Shown one piece after another: positions 37,896 to 48,177 of a stretch of 64,000 nucleotides of DNA. Origin of the DNA: Candidatus Woesearchaeota archaeon (GTDB taxonomy: Archaea > Nanobdellota > Nanobdellia > Woesearchaeales > JAGWAF01); contig JAGVYP010000066.1 in assembly GCA_018303205.1 (NCBI GenBank), positions 4,706 through 68,705 of the forward strand, read 5' to 3'. Positions within the stretch are counted from its first letter, which is position 1; each line of letters starts with the position of its first letter. The position numbers and the translations under genes are program-made. The notes under the pieces are model-generated. The model worked only from the letters and a program-made list of their open reading frames with translations, was not told the DNA's origin and did no database searches.

Positions 37896-38486
37896 ATGGA
37901 ACAAAAAAGTCCTTTAAGCATAAAAGTATTATGTGTTTATTTATTAGCCCTTATAGTCTTGAATGCTTTTACATACTCCCAAACACCTCTGCATGCTTAT
38001 CTTATCTTAATCGGCATAAATGCTGTTATCATCTACGGACTGCTTTTTAGACAAGTCTGGGCATGGTTTGTATTACTTGCCTATACCCTCCTTAGCTTAT
38101 TGAACCCTTTTCCTTTAGATATTGCAGCAGGATCATTAGTAATGGCGTTCCAAGCTTTTCAAGCTGGAAATGTAACCATGGGCAAGCTTTTACTCTATGC
38201 AAGCATCTTTAGCTTAACGATGCTCGTGTATGCTTTTTATGGCTGGAAAACCCTTCCTTCAGCCAGCAAAAAAACTGACACAATCTGGGCATTAGCTATA
38301 GGCATTATTTTTCTCTGGAACATTTCTGGATTCATGAGACTTTTTTTTAATGAGCCCTTGAGTATAGATATGCTTTGGTATAGCATACTTTTCCTTGGCC
38401 TTATTGCACTCTGGCACTTTGTTGAATCAAAAAATGCTATTCTACCTGCAAACAAATCAAGAAAAGGAAAGAAGGAAAACGCATGA
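37896..38486 (+). CDS. hypothetical membrane protein
   Basis: About 6 hydrophobic segments; SD-like GAGGT. Confidence 0.7.
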   Translation: MEQKSPLSIKVLCVYLLALIVLNAFTYSQTPLHAYLILIGINAVIIYGLLFRQVWAWFVLLAYTLLSLLNPFPLDIAAGSLVMAFQAFQAGNVTMGKLLLYASIFSLTMLVYAFYGWKTLPSASKKTDTIWALAIGIIFLWNISGFMRLFFNEPLSIDMLWYSILFLGLIALWHFVESKNAILPANKSRKGKKENA

Positions 38487-39142
38487 AACCCCATCATTTT
38501 TTTAACATTTTTGAAGAAGAAAGACAACTCTACACCCTTAATCTTGTCCCTGGTAAGAAAGTGTATGATGAAAAGCTTGTTCAAAGAGACGGAAAGGAAT
38601 ACCGAGAATGGAATCCAAGAAAGAGCAAGCTAGCAGCAGCGATTTTAAAAGGTATAGGACAAATTGGTGTACGCCCAGGAGATGTTGTTCTTTATCTAGG
38701 AGCGAGTTCTGGAACAACACCAAGCCATGTTTCTGATATTCTTGGAAAAGAAGGATTCATGTTCGCATTAGACTTTGCACCTCGCGTTGTAAGAGACCTT
38801 GTCTTTCTCTGTGAAGAAAGAAAAAACATGTGTCCCTTGCTTGCAGATGCTAATCATCCAGAAGAGTACGCATCCAGTATCTGTGAAGTTGACTTTTTGT
38901 ACCAGGATATTGCTCAGAGAAACCAAGCAGAAATTTTCATACGCAATGTTGATCTCTTTTTGAAAAAAGGGGGATTTGCGATGCTTTGCGTCAAAGCAAG
39001 AAGCGTTGATGTGGCTGCTTATCCTCATGATATTTACAAAAAAATGAAGAGGCAATTGGAAGAAAAATACACGCTCATAGACTGGAAAGAATTAGATCCT
39101 TTTGAAAAAGATCACTGTGTTTTCTTAGTGAAGAAGAAGTGA
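38483..39142 (+). CDS. flpA: fibrillarin rRNA/tRNA 2'-O-methyltransferase
   Basis: REWNPRKSKLAAA, VLYLGASSGTT.SH, QDIAQ. Confidence 0.96.
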   Translation: MKPHHFFNIFEEERQLYTLNLVPGKKVYDEKLVQRDGKEYREWNPRKSKLAAAILKGIGQIGVRPGDVVLYLGASSGTTPSHVSDILGKEGFMFALDFAPRVVRDLVFLCEERKNMCPLLADANHPEEYASSICEVDFLYQDIAQRNQAEIFIRNVDLFLKKGGFAMLCVKARSVDVAAYPHDIYKKMKRQLEEKYTLIDWKELDPFEKDHCVFLVKKK

Positions 39143-39143
39143 G

Positions 39144-39620
39144 TTAGGAAAGAAGTTGATCTTTTTTTCTGATGATAACTTTATCTTTTTCTTCAATCAT
39201 ACTCATAATCTTACTTAATTCTTGTTTGCTGAGTATTTCTTTGAGATAGAACAGTATAGTCTCAAGATCAATAACGGTAATTCCCAATTGCTCAGCTATG
39301 GAAATTGCTTTTTTATCATTAGAGACTAGCACTATCATTCTTTTGTGAGCAAGAGCGATGCATTCAAGTTCTCCTTTTCCTAAAAGTTTTTTCTTTTGCA
39401 GTCGTTGTACAAGATCTTGTTCTTCTTGGGTAAGAAATATATGTTTGAACGATGATGAATTCTTTATATTTTTCAGACTTTGTAATTTTGATCGTTCTAG
39501 GTCATCAATAACAGCTGGAGGGATAAGGAGTTCATCACGAAAAACTTTTTTCAAGAGCACTATGTTCTCTATTTTTGCAAAAGTGCTGAGAATATCAGCA
39601 TCAAAAATAAAAGATTTCAT
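39144..39620 (-). CDS. PIN-domain toxin (DUF3368-like)
   Basis: IFDAD, LGKGELECIALA, SNDKKA. Confidence 0.85.
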   Translation of the reverse strand: MKSFIFDADILSTFAKIENIVLLKKVFRDELLIPPAVIDDLERSKLQSLKNIKNSSSFKHIFLTQEEQDLVQRLQKKKLLGKGELECIALAHKRMIVLVSNDKKAISIAEQLGITVIDLETILFYLKEILSKQELSKIMSMIEEKDKVIIRKKDQLLS

Positions 39621-39940
39621 CTTTTCTTGAGTAGGGCAAGTCCTTTTTTTCTTCTCTCAGCAGAAGAAGGCGATATTCTTCTTATTCCACGTGCTGCGAG
39701 TTCTTCTTTAAAATCAGGTGTGCTCATTTCTGAAATTTCAGCAGCTCTGCCAATGCTTACACTTCCATCTTTGTATAATTGTATTGCTGCAGTGGTTTTC
39801 AGACTTGGTTTCGAGTGTAAAAGGTAGCGTATTGCATCTTTTGCCATGTCTGACCTGCTTGAATACATACCTGCTTTGACAAGAGCAGTAATCTCTTCGC
39901 TCATCGTCTCAGGTAAACTAAACGTTTCTGCGTGTGCCAT
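39617..39940 (-). CDS. antitoxin: ribbon-helix-helix plus UPF0175 domain
   Basis: LVKAGMYSSRSD..KDAIR; LYKDGSVSIGRAAEIS..F..L..RGI. Confidence 0.85.
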   Translation of the reverse strand: MAHAETFSLPETMSEEITALVKAGMYSSRSDMAKDAIRYLLHSKPSLKTTAAIQLYKDGSVSIGRAAEISEMSTPDFKEELAARGIRRISPSSAERRKKGLALLKKR

Positions 39941-40036
39941 GTTCTCACCCTTCATAGATATGAATTATTAATATCTATTCATATATAAAGATTTCTCTTT
40001 TTTGAAGTCTTTTTTTGTTAGTGAAGAAGAAGTGAA

Positions 40037-40573
40037 TTATACTCTTTTTATGTCCTCGAGTAATTTTTCAAATGTTTTTTCCTGAAAGTGTCCTGCGTTT
40101 TTTATAAGAATCATTTTTGTTTCTACTTTAGTCGCAAGATTTACAACAAGATAGGGGGTAACATACGGGTCGTTGTCTGATCCGTAGACAAAAAAGTGTT
40201 TGCAATTTCTTTTTATCTTTTCAAAATCAAATTTTTCTAGAAAGCTTTGATTGATTTTGTCAAATTTTTCTATGCCTATCTTTTCACTGAATCCCGCAAT
40301 GAGAAAGATTGCTTTTATTTTTTTATTGCATTGTTCAAGAACATGGAGTGCGAATGCGCATCCTATACTATGGCCAATAATCATAGTATTTTCGTCTATA
40401 GTTTTCAAATAAGGTTTAAATACGCTCATCCAACTTTCTAAATTATGATCTTGTGGTGTAGGAAAAGCAGGAGCTATGACTTCATACTTGAGTTTTTGTA
40501 ATTCAGTAACAAGCCAGGGAAACCAGACATTATTTGGATTTCCATACGCTCCGTGTATCAGAATGATTTTCAT
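40037..40573 (-). CDS. RBBP9/YdeN alpha/beta hydrolase
   Basis: IHG, WFPWL, GHSIG, SDNDPYV, AGHF. Confidence 0.92.
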   Translation of the reverse strand: MKIILIHGAYGNPNNVWFPWLVTELQKLKYEVIAPAFPTPQDHNLESWMSVFKPYLKTIDENTMIIGHSIGCAFALHVLEQCNKKIKAIFLIAGFSEKIGIEKFDKINQSFLEKFDFEKIKRNCKHFFVYGSDNDPYVTPYLVVNLATKVETKMILIKNAGHFQEKTFEKLLEDIKRV

Positions 40574-40629
40574 GACCTTTCACAATTTTTTCATTTTTAC
40601 TTTTTGAATTTTTTTTAACTATACTCTTA

Positions 40630-41079
40630 TTACCTTTTATTTTTTTGTTGGGGTGGCATATTTTTTATAATTTCTTCCTTCATTTTTTGCAAGAGGGATT
40701 TTGGTAAAGATTCCTTGACTGGTGCAGGCATATTTGGCCATCCCTCATCAGTCCAGGTCATCCCTGACCATGTTCTGGGCAGAGCATACCTCGGTATGAT
40801 GTGGAAGTGCACTTCTTTGTCTTTCATCATGAGCATGAGATAGTTGATTTTGTCATACTGAAACGTTTTTTTGAGTGCGTATTCCACATCTTTTATGACA
40901 TTATGAAAATCTGCAACCTCTTCTGGTGTTGTTTCAGAAAATTTTGTGATAGGCCTTTTGAGAATTGCGACACAGTTTCCTAATGTTTGGTTTCTGTTTC
41001 TGATAAGCAACTTCCAGTGTTGGTATTCTCTGATCAGATTATGTTTGTCGTCAAATTCTTTGAGAGTCTGGTTTTCCAT
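40630..41079 (-). CDS. HIT family protein
   Basis: KINYLMLMM..VHFHIIPRY. Confidence 0.85.
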   Translation of the reverse strand: MENQTLKEFDDKHNLIREYQHWKLLIRNRNQTLGNCVAILKRPITKFSETTPEEVADFHNVIKDVEYALKKTFQYDKINYLMLMMKDKEVHFHIIPRYALPRTWSGMTWTDEGWPNMPAPVKESLPKSLLQKMKEEIIKNMPPQQKNKR

Positions 41080-41234
41080 TCTTTTCTGTTTCTTTTCAGA
41101 GTTTATATCTTTTGTGTCCTCCTGGTCTTCCTTCTCTTTTTCGTATACTTACCAAAAATAATTTATATATAGAAAATAATTATTGTAAAAATGAAAAAAC
41201 AAGAATATAAAAAGAGATCAAAATCCTACTTTCT

Positions 41235-42650
41235 ATGGTGTTACAACTCTACAATACCTTAACGAGAAAAAAAGAGCTTTTCAAAGAAATCAAGAAAGGA
41301 AAAGTAACCTATTACTTCTGTGGGCCTACACCTTACAATTATGTCCATTTAGGAAATCTCAGAGCTTACATTTTTGCAGATCTCTTAAGAAGATATCTCA
41401 AATATAAAGGATACCAAGTTTTTGAAGTGATGAACTTTACTGATGTCGATGACAAAACTATCAAAAATGCAAAAGCTGCAAAGCAATCTTTACAAGTATA
41501 CACTCAAAAATTTATCGATGCTTTTATTGAAGATTTTAAATTATTAAACATAGAACTTCCTGAAAAATTAATCAAAGCAACTGACCATATCCCTGAAATG
41601 ATTGATCTGATCAAAAAATTAGAAAAAAATGGTTTAGCATATAAAAGCGAAGATGGTTCTATCTATTTTTCAATTAAAAAATTCAAAAACTATGGGAAAC
41701 TTGCTCTGCTTGAAAAAACAAAATTAAGACAAAATGCAGATGGAAGAATGAAAAACGATGAATATGAAAAAGAAGACGCAAAAGATTTTGCATTGTGGAA
41801 AGCCTATCATAAAGACGATGGGAATGTCTTCTGGGAAACAAAATACGGCAAAGGAAGACCAGGATGGCATATTGAATGTTCTGCAATGTCCACCAAATAT
41901 CTAGGCGATACTTTTGACATTCATGGTGGGGGTGTAGATCTCATTTTTCCTCATCATACTAACGAAATTGCACAAAGCGAAGGCGCAACAAACAAAAAAT
42001 TTGTCAATTATTGGGTACATAATGCTCACCTCATTGTCAATGGAGAAAAAATGTCAAAGTCAAAAAGAAATTTCTTTACGTTAAGAGATCTTATCAAAAA
42101 AGGAGATGATCCCAAAGCAATTCGTTATGAACTTTTATCCACCCATTACCGTGCACAGCTTGACTTTAGGGAAGAAAATCTAAAAAATCTGAAAGAAACA
42201 TTGCAAAAATTCAATGATTTCCTTCTCATGCTTGATGACTGCATTGAAAAACAAAAGAAAAAAAAATATGAAACCAATAACGTAGTTGATCATCTTATTC
42301 GGGATGCAAAAGAAGCATTTGAAAACGCAATGGATAATGATTTAAACATTTCAGAAGCATTAGCTGCTGTTTTTACGTTCATGCATGACGTGAATAAGAT
42401 AAAAAATGACCTTCATGCATTTGATGCTGACAAGATAAAAACTGAAATGCAAAACTTTGACAGTGTTCTTGGCATTATGGACTATGAGCGTGGAGCCATA
42501 GATCAAAAGATAGAAACAAAAATACAAGAAAGAGAACGTGCCAGAAAAAAGAAAGACTTCAAAAAAGCAGATTTGATAAGAAACGAGCTTCTCAAACAAG
42601 GAATCATCTTAGAGGACACTGCTGATGGTGCCAGGTGGAAAAAGGCATAG
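41235..42650 (+). CDS. cysS: cysteinyl-tRNA synthetase
   Basis: CGPT, HLGN, GRPGWHIECS, FPHH.NE, KMSKS. Confidence 0.98.
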   Translation: MVLQLYNTLTRKKELFKEIKKGKVTYYFCGPTPYNYVHLGNLRAYIFADLLRRYLKYKGYQVFEVMNFTDVDDKTIKNAKAAKQSLQVYTQKFIDAFIEDFKLLNIELPEKLIKATDHIPEMIDLIKKLEKNGLAYKSEDGSIYFSIKKFKNYGKLALLEKTKLRQNADGRMKNDEYEKEDAKDFALWKAYHKDDGNVFWETKYGKGRPGWHIECSAMSTKYLGDTFDIHGGGVDLIFPHHTNEIAQSEGATNKKFVNYWVHNAHLIVNGEKMSKSKRNFFTLRDLIKKGDDPKAIRYELLSTHYRAQLDFREENLKNLKETLQKFNDFLLMLDDCIEKQKKKKYETNNVVDHLIRDAKEAFENAMDNDLNISEALAAVFTFMHDVNKIKNDLHAFDADKIKTEMQNFDSVLGIMDYERGAIDQKIETKIQERERARKKKDFKKADLIRNELLKQGIILEDTADGARWKKA

Positions 42651-42680
42651 CTTTTTAAAAACAAAACCTTTTTTCTCTGT

Positions 42681-43604
42681 ATGAAAACATTAACCCTTCC
42701 CCCCGTTACAGAACCTGTCCAAGTTTATAGAACATTAGACGATCATTTCACAAAAGAAGCAGAAGAAATCTCTGATCCTGAAAGAAAGGAGAGAGTACTG
42801 AAAGCAATCAGAAGCCTGAACACTCCTGTTTATGCTACCATTGCCTATGTCCTCACAACAGACTCAGATTTAGCATCCCAAGTGCATGATCACGTTTTGG
42901 CAGAAGTTCTTTATGTTCTTTTTCTTGATGATGCTCATGAAAAAGAAGCAAGCGCATCACGATCAAGAGAAAAAGGAAAATTAACTGATGCAGCAAAACA
43001 CGCTACAAAGGCACGAGAGTATAAAACAAGAGCAGAACAAGAACATGCTCGTGTTATTTCTTCTCTTTCAGCTGAACAAAAAGCTGAGCTCTCCCTCTTT
43101 GAAAGAGACTTTGCTCTTTACTGGGAATTTGAAAAATATTTTAGTCAAAGAATGAGAAATGGAGATCCTATTAATGAAACTGAAATGATGAACTTCGTAG
43201 AAAAAAAATCAGGGGATGTTTATCTCTATGCAAAACTTTTAGAATTCCAACTCAGAACAAAATTAGTACCAAAACAATTCAAAACATTAGATTTCTTAGA
43301 TTTTTTAATTCATGCCCAGCTCAAAAGAGACCTTGCTCATGATGAAACAGATATTTTCAGAGATCATCAAGAAGGCATGCCAAATCCTTTTTTGATCCAA
43401 GCTTACAGAAAAGGGCTCTATATTCCAGGTAAGGTATATTCTTCAGAAGAGTTACAAACTATAACAAGAAGAGTGAGAGATGTTCATCACTGTGCAGTTC
43501 GCTCTGATCTGAGCCCTACTCTCCCCATTTCATCACCTTTTGATTGGATAAAAGAGTGTCGAAAACCTTATAAGAATGGAGCTTTACCTCCTTCTTTATC
43601 ATGA
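42681..43604 (+). CDS. hypothetical protein with class I isoprenoid-synthase-like motifs
   Basis: FLDDAHE, KKSG, LAHDETDIFRDHQEGMPN. Confidence 0.5.
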   Translation: MKTLTLPPVTEPVQVYRTLDDHFTKEAEEISDPERKERVLKAIRSLNTPVYATIAYVLTTDSDLASQVHDHVLAEVLYVLFLDDAHEKEASASRSREKGKLTDAAKHATKAREYKTRAEQEHARVISSLSAEQKAELSLFERDFALYWEFEKYFSQRMRNGDPINETEMMNFVEKKSGDVYLYAKLLEFQLRTKLVPKQFKTLDFLDFLIHAQLKRDLAHDETDIFRDHQEGMPNPFLIQAYRKGLYIPGKVYSSEELQTITRRVRDVHHCAVRSDLSPTLPISSPFDWIKECRKPYKNGALPPSLS

Positions 43605-44419
43605 ACTTTTCTGAACGCTACGCTGATCTGGGATGGCACTACAAGCCTTGCACCCCTTTGCATGCTTTACGAGTGAATACGCTACTCATAGAAGAAAAAA
43701 AATTACTTGAAAAACTGAAAAAGAAAAATATCATCTTAGAAAAAGCAGAACACACAAAGTATGGTCATTTTATTCAAAAAACACCTTTTCCCTTATCTTC
43801 TACACTAGAATATTTAAAAGGTTATTTCTTTCTTCAAGACGCAGCAACCCAAAAAGCTGTAGAACTGCTCAATCCTCATGCTCAAGATCTCGTTTTGGAC
43901 ATGTGTTCATCACCTGGAGGAAAAACTACTCATCTTGCACAACTCATGCAAAACAAAGGTGTAATAGTTGCTCTTGAGTTAAAAAGAGAACGCATGATCG
44001 CATTAAAAAATAATCTCGAACGCTGCCAAATACGAAATAGTCTTGTGTACAACATCAATTCAAAAGATGCTCCTTCACTGGGAATACTCTTTGACAAAAT
44101 ATTACTTGATGCACCCTGTTCAGGAAACTTCACTCAAGAAAAAGACTGGTTTCAAAAAAGAAACCTGGAAGGAATTCAAAGAAACGCCTCTTTACAAAGA
44201 GAACTTTTAGCATCAGCATTTCACTGTTTAAAAAATGAAGGAGAACTTGTCTATAGCACTTGCTCACTTGAACCAGAAGAAAACGAAGAAAACTGCGCAT
44301 GGTTTCAAAAAGAATTCCCAGTAAAAATGCTCTCCTTTGAAAGAATCTGGCCAGACAAAACAACAGGATTTTTCATGGCAAAATTTAAGAAAACAGGGAA
44401 AATAAATGATCATCCATAA
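43601..44419 (+). CDS. NOL1/NOP2/RsmB family RNA m5C methyltransferase
   Basis: LQD, DMCSSPGGKT, LDAPCSG, YSTCS..PEENE. Confidence 0.95.
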   Translation: MNFSERYADLGWHYKPCTPLHALRVNTLLIEEKKLLEKLKKKNIILEKAEHTKYGHFIQKTPFPLSSTLEYLKGYFFLQDAATQKAVELLNPHAQDLVLDMCSSPGGKTTHLAQLMQNKGVIVALELKRERMIALKNNLERCQIRNSLVYNINSKDAPSLGILFDKILLDAPCSGNFTQEKDWFQKRNLEGIQRNASLQRELLASAFHCLKNEGELVYSTCSLEPEENEENCAWFQKEFPVKMLSFERIWPDKTTGFFMAKFKKTGKINDHP

Positions 44420-44422
44420 AAA

Positions 44423-44523
44423 GTGCCATTGCCTTGGAGCAAGATCAGGAGACAACGCGATTCATGCAGTGTTGTCGACGCAAGATCTCCGATCAACGGA
44501 GGAGTAAATCTCCGTAATGGCAC
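44423..44523 (+). ncRNA. unassigned structured repeat element, copy C
   Basis: GTGCCATTGC-CTT-GGAG...GACAACGC-GATTCATGCA-GTGTTGTC-GACGCAA...CTCC-GATCAACGGA-GGAG-TAAAT-CTCC-GTAATGGCAC. Confidence 0.75.
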
Positions 44524-44605
44524 GGAAAATATCATAAAAAATAAGAAACATTTGATAAAAGACACAAAAAACAAAAATTTGATAAAAAATAAAAAGTGAC
44601 GAAAC

Positions 44606-45079
44606 ATGATTGAAAATTTTATACGACAATTCACGAAAAAAAAGATTGTAGACCAGAAAGATCTTCTTGTCCTTCATGAAAAATGCTTCTTTGTTAACGA
44701 ACGACTCAAAAAAACGATGGAAATCATAGCAAAAAAAACAAGCCAAGAACCCATCTATGCAGGACTTTACTTAGGAAAACAGAAAGGATACACCTTCTTC
44801 CCTTCTGTTTCACTCCTTGAAATTATAAAACCCTTTGTGCACGATGTTATTGTCGTCAATGATGAAGTTGCTTTCCTTTTTATCTGCGGCAGGGATATTT
44901 TCTCACAAGGCATTCTTAAAAAACGAGGTACCTGTGCAGAAAATACACTTGTTTTTGTAGAAGACAAAGAAAATAACTTACTCGGATTTGGAAAAAGAGT
45001 ACATCCTATCACTTCAAAAAAAGAGGTAGTAACAAACATCTTTGATGTCGGAGATTTTCTAAGAAGGGAGAAAGATTAA
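44606..45079 (+). CDS. NIP7/UPF0113 PUA-domain ribosome biogenesis protein
   Basis: YAGLYLG, FLFICGRDIF, LLGFG, DVGDFLRRE. Confidence 0.85.
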   Translation: MIENFIRQFTKKKIVDQKDLLVLHEKCFFVNERLKKTMEIIAKKTSQEPIYAGLYLGKQKGYTFFPSVSLLEIIKPFVHDVIVVNDEVAFLFICGRDIFSQGILKKRGTCAENTLVFVEDKENNLLGFGKRVHPITSKKEVVTNIFDVGDFLRREKD

Positions 45080-45543
45080 CTTCTTTGCGGAGCATAGGTA
45101 TCTATAATCATCCGTAAACCATCAGATTGAATATTTCTCAAAGCTTTTTCAAGTTCTCCAGTTGATCCGCTCAAAACAACACCAACACTTATTCTTGCCT
45201 TATCATACGGATCAGGGATTTGCTCAACACCAATAACCACTCCTTCACCAAGGTATTCTCTCAATGCTGTTTCCGCGTCTTGTGCTAGCGTCATAGCTGT
45301 TTCTCTGGACATATAACTTCCACTTCTAACTACTTGTTTTCTTCCTTGAGGAGAATCTTCTCTTGCATCAATGATATCTAGAACAGCATAACTTCCATTA
45401 TTTTTAATAAGAAGTCCTACTGCATTTGGAGGAACACGAAATTGTGCTTTGTTTACTCTTTTTGTTCCTCTTCCTTTTGCTCCTTGTTGGCGTATTCCTT
45501 GAAATATAGGTTCCTCAATATCTTCCGCATCATTCATCTTCAC
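45076..45543 (-). CDS. hypothetical protein
   Basis: 155-aa ORF with upstream SD-like and TATA-like signals. Confidence 0.65.
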   Translation of the reverse strand: MKMNDAEDIEEPIFQGIRQQGAKGRGTKRVNKAQFRVPPNAVGLLIKNNGSYAVLDIIDAREDSPQGRKQVVRSGSYMSRETAMTLAQDAETALREYLGEGVVIGVEQIPDPYDKARISVGVVLSGSTGELEKALRNIQSDGLRMIIDTYAPQRS

Positions 45544-45674
45544 TCACTCCGTTTTTCTCCACAGAATACTCTTATAAACTTGTTCTCTTTAAAAAGATTT
45601 CTGAATTTTTCATCCTCTTCCATTTCCTTGATAATTTGTATTAGTAGCTAACCAACATGTAGGACAGAGCCTGC

Positions 45675-48104
45675 TTATTCTAGCTCTATCTCGTGGGCAA
45701 TATCAATTTCAGAGCTTGGTGAAAGGCTTTTATAATCTAATTCTATGCACAGTGTTGCTGCTTTGATATCTTCTCTTACCGTAGCAAAGAGTGTTTCGCT
45801 TATTTTTCCTTGCAAGAATACCCTCTTGATAGGCGCTTTGAGGCTTTTCTGTTGTTCTGATTTGGTTTTTCGCGCATGTTCAAGGATGTACAAAATTAAT
45901 TTTCCTGTATTGAGCGCGTCTTGTCTCATCATTTTTTCATTTACCTCAGGCCAAGCATGGTTATGGATACTTTCAACGCTTTCTGTTTTCTTAAAATAAA
46001 TTTGATAGAGCTCTTCAGTAATATGGGGCATCACAGGAGCAAATAACTTCAAAATATTGAGCATCGTATAATACATAGTGTATTGTGCAGATCTTTTAGC
46101 TTCTTCCCCTCTTTTATCAGGATTGTACAATCTGTCTTTCACTAATTCTAAATAATTGTCGCAAAAGATTTGCCAGAAAAATTTTTCTGTTTCAAGCTTG
46201 CTATGAAAATATTCATATTTTTCAAAATGTTCTGTGCATTCTTTAATGAGTTGTTGCAGTGTTGCCAGTACCCACAGGTCTGTCATTTCTGTTGCAGTTG
46301 CACTCTTAGGATCAAAATTTTCAAGGTGCATGAAGCAGAATTTGCAAGCGTTCCATAACTTATTAATCGTTTTTACTCCTGTCACCAAATCTTTTTCCTG
46401 ATAAGGCATATCATCTCCGAGTTTTGAACCTGCTGCCCAAAAACGGAGTGCATCTGCTGGGTATTTTTCTAAAATCTGTTGAGGATCAACAACGTTTCCT
46501 TTTGATTTACTCATTTTTCTTCCGTGAGGATCCAAAGCCCATCCATTAATAACAACATCTTTCCAAGGATTGCAATTGTCATGAAGTTGTGATTTAATAA
46601 TCGTATTAAAAAGCCAGAAGGAAATAATATCATGTCCTTGTGGCCGTAAGTTCATGGGTAATAATTTTTTATAAACAGGTTTATCTTTGAATAATTCTGC
46701 TGCAAGATGAGGCGTTAAAGATGATGTTGCCCAGGTGTCAAGCATATCTTTTTCACCTGTAAAAGTGTTATTTCCGCACCTACAAGGATGTTTAGGTTTA
46801 TCTATGAGTGGATCTACAGGTAACTGCTTTATATCTGCAAGTTTTATTTCCCCGCATGTATCACAATACCAGACAGGGAACGGTACTCCAAATATTCTTT
46901 GTCTTGAAATACACCAATCCCATTTAAGTCCCTTGACCCAGTTGTCATAACGGTTTTTCATATGGTTCGGATACCAGTGTAATTCATTTCCCCACGAGAG
47001 CATGTCGTCTTTTAAGTCTAAATATTTAATGAACCATTGTTTTGTTGCAACATATTCTATATCTGTTCCACATCTTTCATGAACATTAACTGCATGTTTT
47101 ATTTTTTCAAGTTTTACAAGTGCTCCTGATTTTTGTAAATCAGCAATGATCTCTTTTCTGGCTTCAAGAGAACTCATTCCAGCATATTTCCCTGCTTTTT
47201 CGTTGTATTTTCCTTCTACTCCCATAATGTGTATAGGTTGTACTCCGGGATGTCGTGTAAGCCATTCAACGCAATCTACTCCTCCGTATGTACAAAAGTA
47301 TACCACTCCTGTTCCGTATGCAGGATCAACAGAATCATCATGAGTAATAACAACTTCTCTTTTAATTAAGGGCAATTTTATTTTTTTTCCAATCAAATGA
47401 GCGTATCTTTTATCGTCTTTGTGTACGCTCAATCCTACGCACGAGGGAAGGAGTTCTGGTCGCGTTGTTGCATAGACTAGTTCTTCTCCTGTTTCAACTG
47501 TTGCTTTGATATGGCAAAGATTACTCTCTTTTTCTACATCTTCCATCTCTACTTGTGCAATAGCAGTTTGGCATTGGGGGCATATCATCATCGGAGCTTC
47601 TTTTCTATATTCGCGTCCCTTTCCATAGAGTTCGATAAAACTCCTTTGACTAATGCGTTGTGAATGTTCATCAATAGTAGTATAGAAAATTGAGAAGTCC
47701 GCTGAGAATCCAATGCGTTTCCAATCTGCAACATATTGTGGTCTTATTTCTTTAAGAGTATCAAGGCAAAGTTTTACAAATACTTTTCTTTCCATTTTAG
47801 ATGCTTTGACATTTTTCATTTTTTCAATGAGAATATTTGTAGCTAATCCATTGTCATCAGTTCCAAAGGGGAAAAAAACATTATATCCTCTCATTCTTTT
47901 ATATCGTACAATCGTGTCGTGTTGTGCATAGCCAAATGCGTGTCCAATGTGCATCTTTCCAGAAACAGTTGGCGGAGGAGTGTCAACACTAAAAACTTCC
48001 CGGGTAGTATCATCAGGGTCAAATTTGAAAATTCCTTTTTCTTCCCAGAACTGTTGTATTCTTGGCTCAGCGCTTTTCCAGTCGTATACCTTAGGTATTT
48101 CCAT
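45675..48104 (-). CDS. valS: valyl-tRNA synthetase
   Basis: DTPPPTVSG, HIGH, DWCISRQR, DTWATSS, KMSKS. Confidence 0.98.
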   Translation of the reverse strand: MEIPKVYDWKSAEPRIQQFWEEKGIFKFDPDDTTREVFSVDTPPPTVSGKMHIGHAFGYAQHDTIVRYKRMRGYNVFFPFGTDDNGLATNILIEKMKNVKASKMERKVFVKLCLDTLKEIRPQYVADWKRIGFSADFSIFYTTIDEHSQRISQRSFIELYGKGREYRKEAPMMICPQCQTAIAQVEMEDVEKESNLCHIKATVETGEELVYATTRPELLPSCVGLSVHKDDKRYAHLIGKKIKLPLIKREVVITHDDSVDPAYGTGVVYFCTYGGVDCVEWLTRHPGVQPIHIMGVEGKYNEKAGKYAGMSSLEARKEIIADLQKSGALVKLEKIKHAVNVHERCGTDIEYVATKQWFIKYLDLKDDMLSWGNELHWYPNHMKNRYDNWVKGLKWDWCISRQRIFGVPFPVWYCDTCGEIKLADIKQLPVDPLIDKPKHPCRCGNNTFTGEKDMLDTWATSSLTPHLAAELFKDKPVYKKLLPMNLRPQGHDIISFWLFNTIIKSQLHDNCNPWKDVVINGWALDPHGRKMSKSKGNVVDPQQILEKYPADALRFWAAGSKLGDDMPYQEKDLVTGVKTINKLWNACKFCFMHLENFDPKSATATEMTDLWVLATLQQLIKECTEHFEKYEYFHSKLETEKFFWQIFCDNYLELVKDRLYNPDKRGEEAKRSAQYTMYYTMLNILKLFAPVMPHITEELYQIYFKKTESVESIHNHAWPEVNEKMMRQDALNTGKLILYILEHARKTKSEQQKSLKAPIKRVFLQGKISETLFATVREDIKAATLCIELDYKSLSPSSEIDIAHEIELE

Positions 48105-48177
48105 AATCCTGAGAGGAGTAAAAGCATTTATAAAGCTATCTCAAAGATTAAATACTCTTTACTCCTCACTTCATTCC

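Noticed and set aside
47947-48177. Long N-terminal extension of RFC-L
   Set aside because: Overlaps valS antisense; the ATG at 48178 follows a TATA-like box and matches the family start
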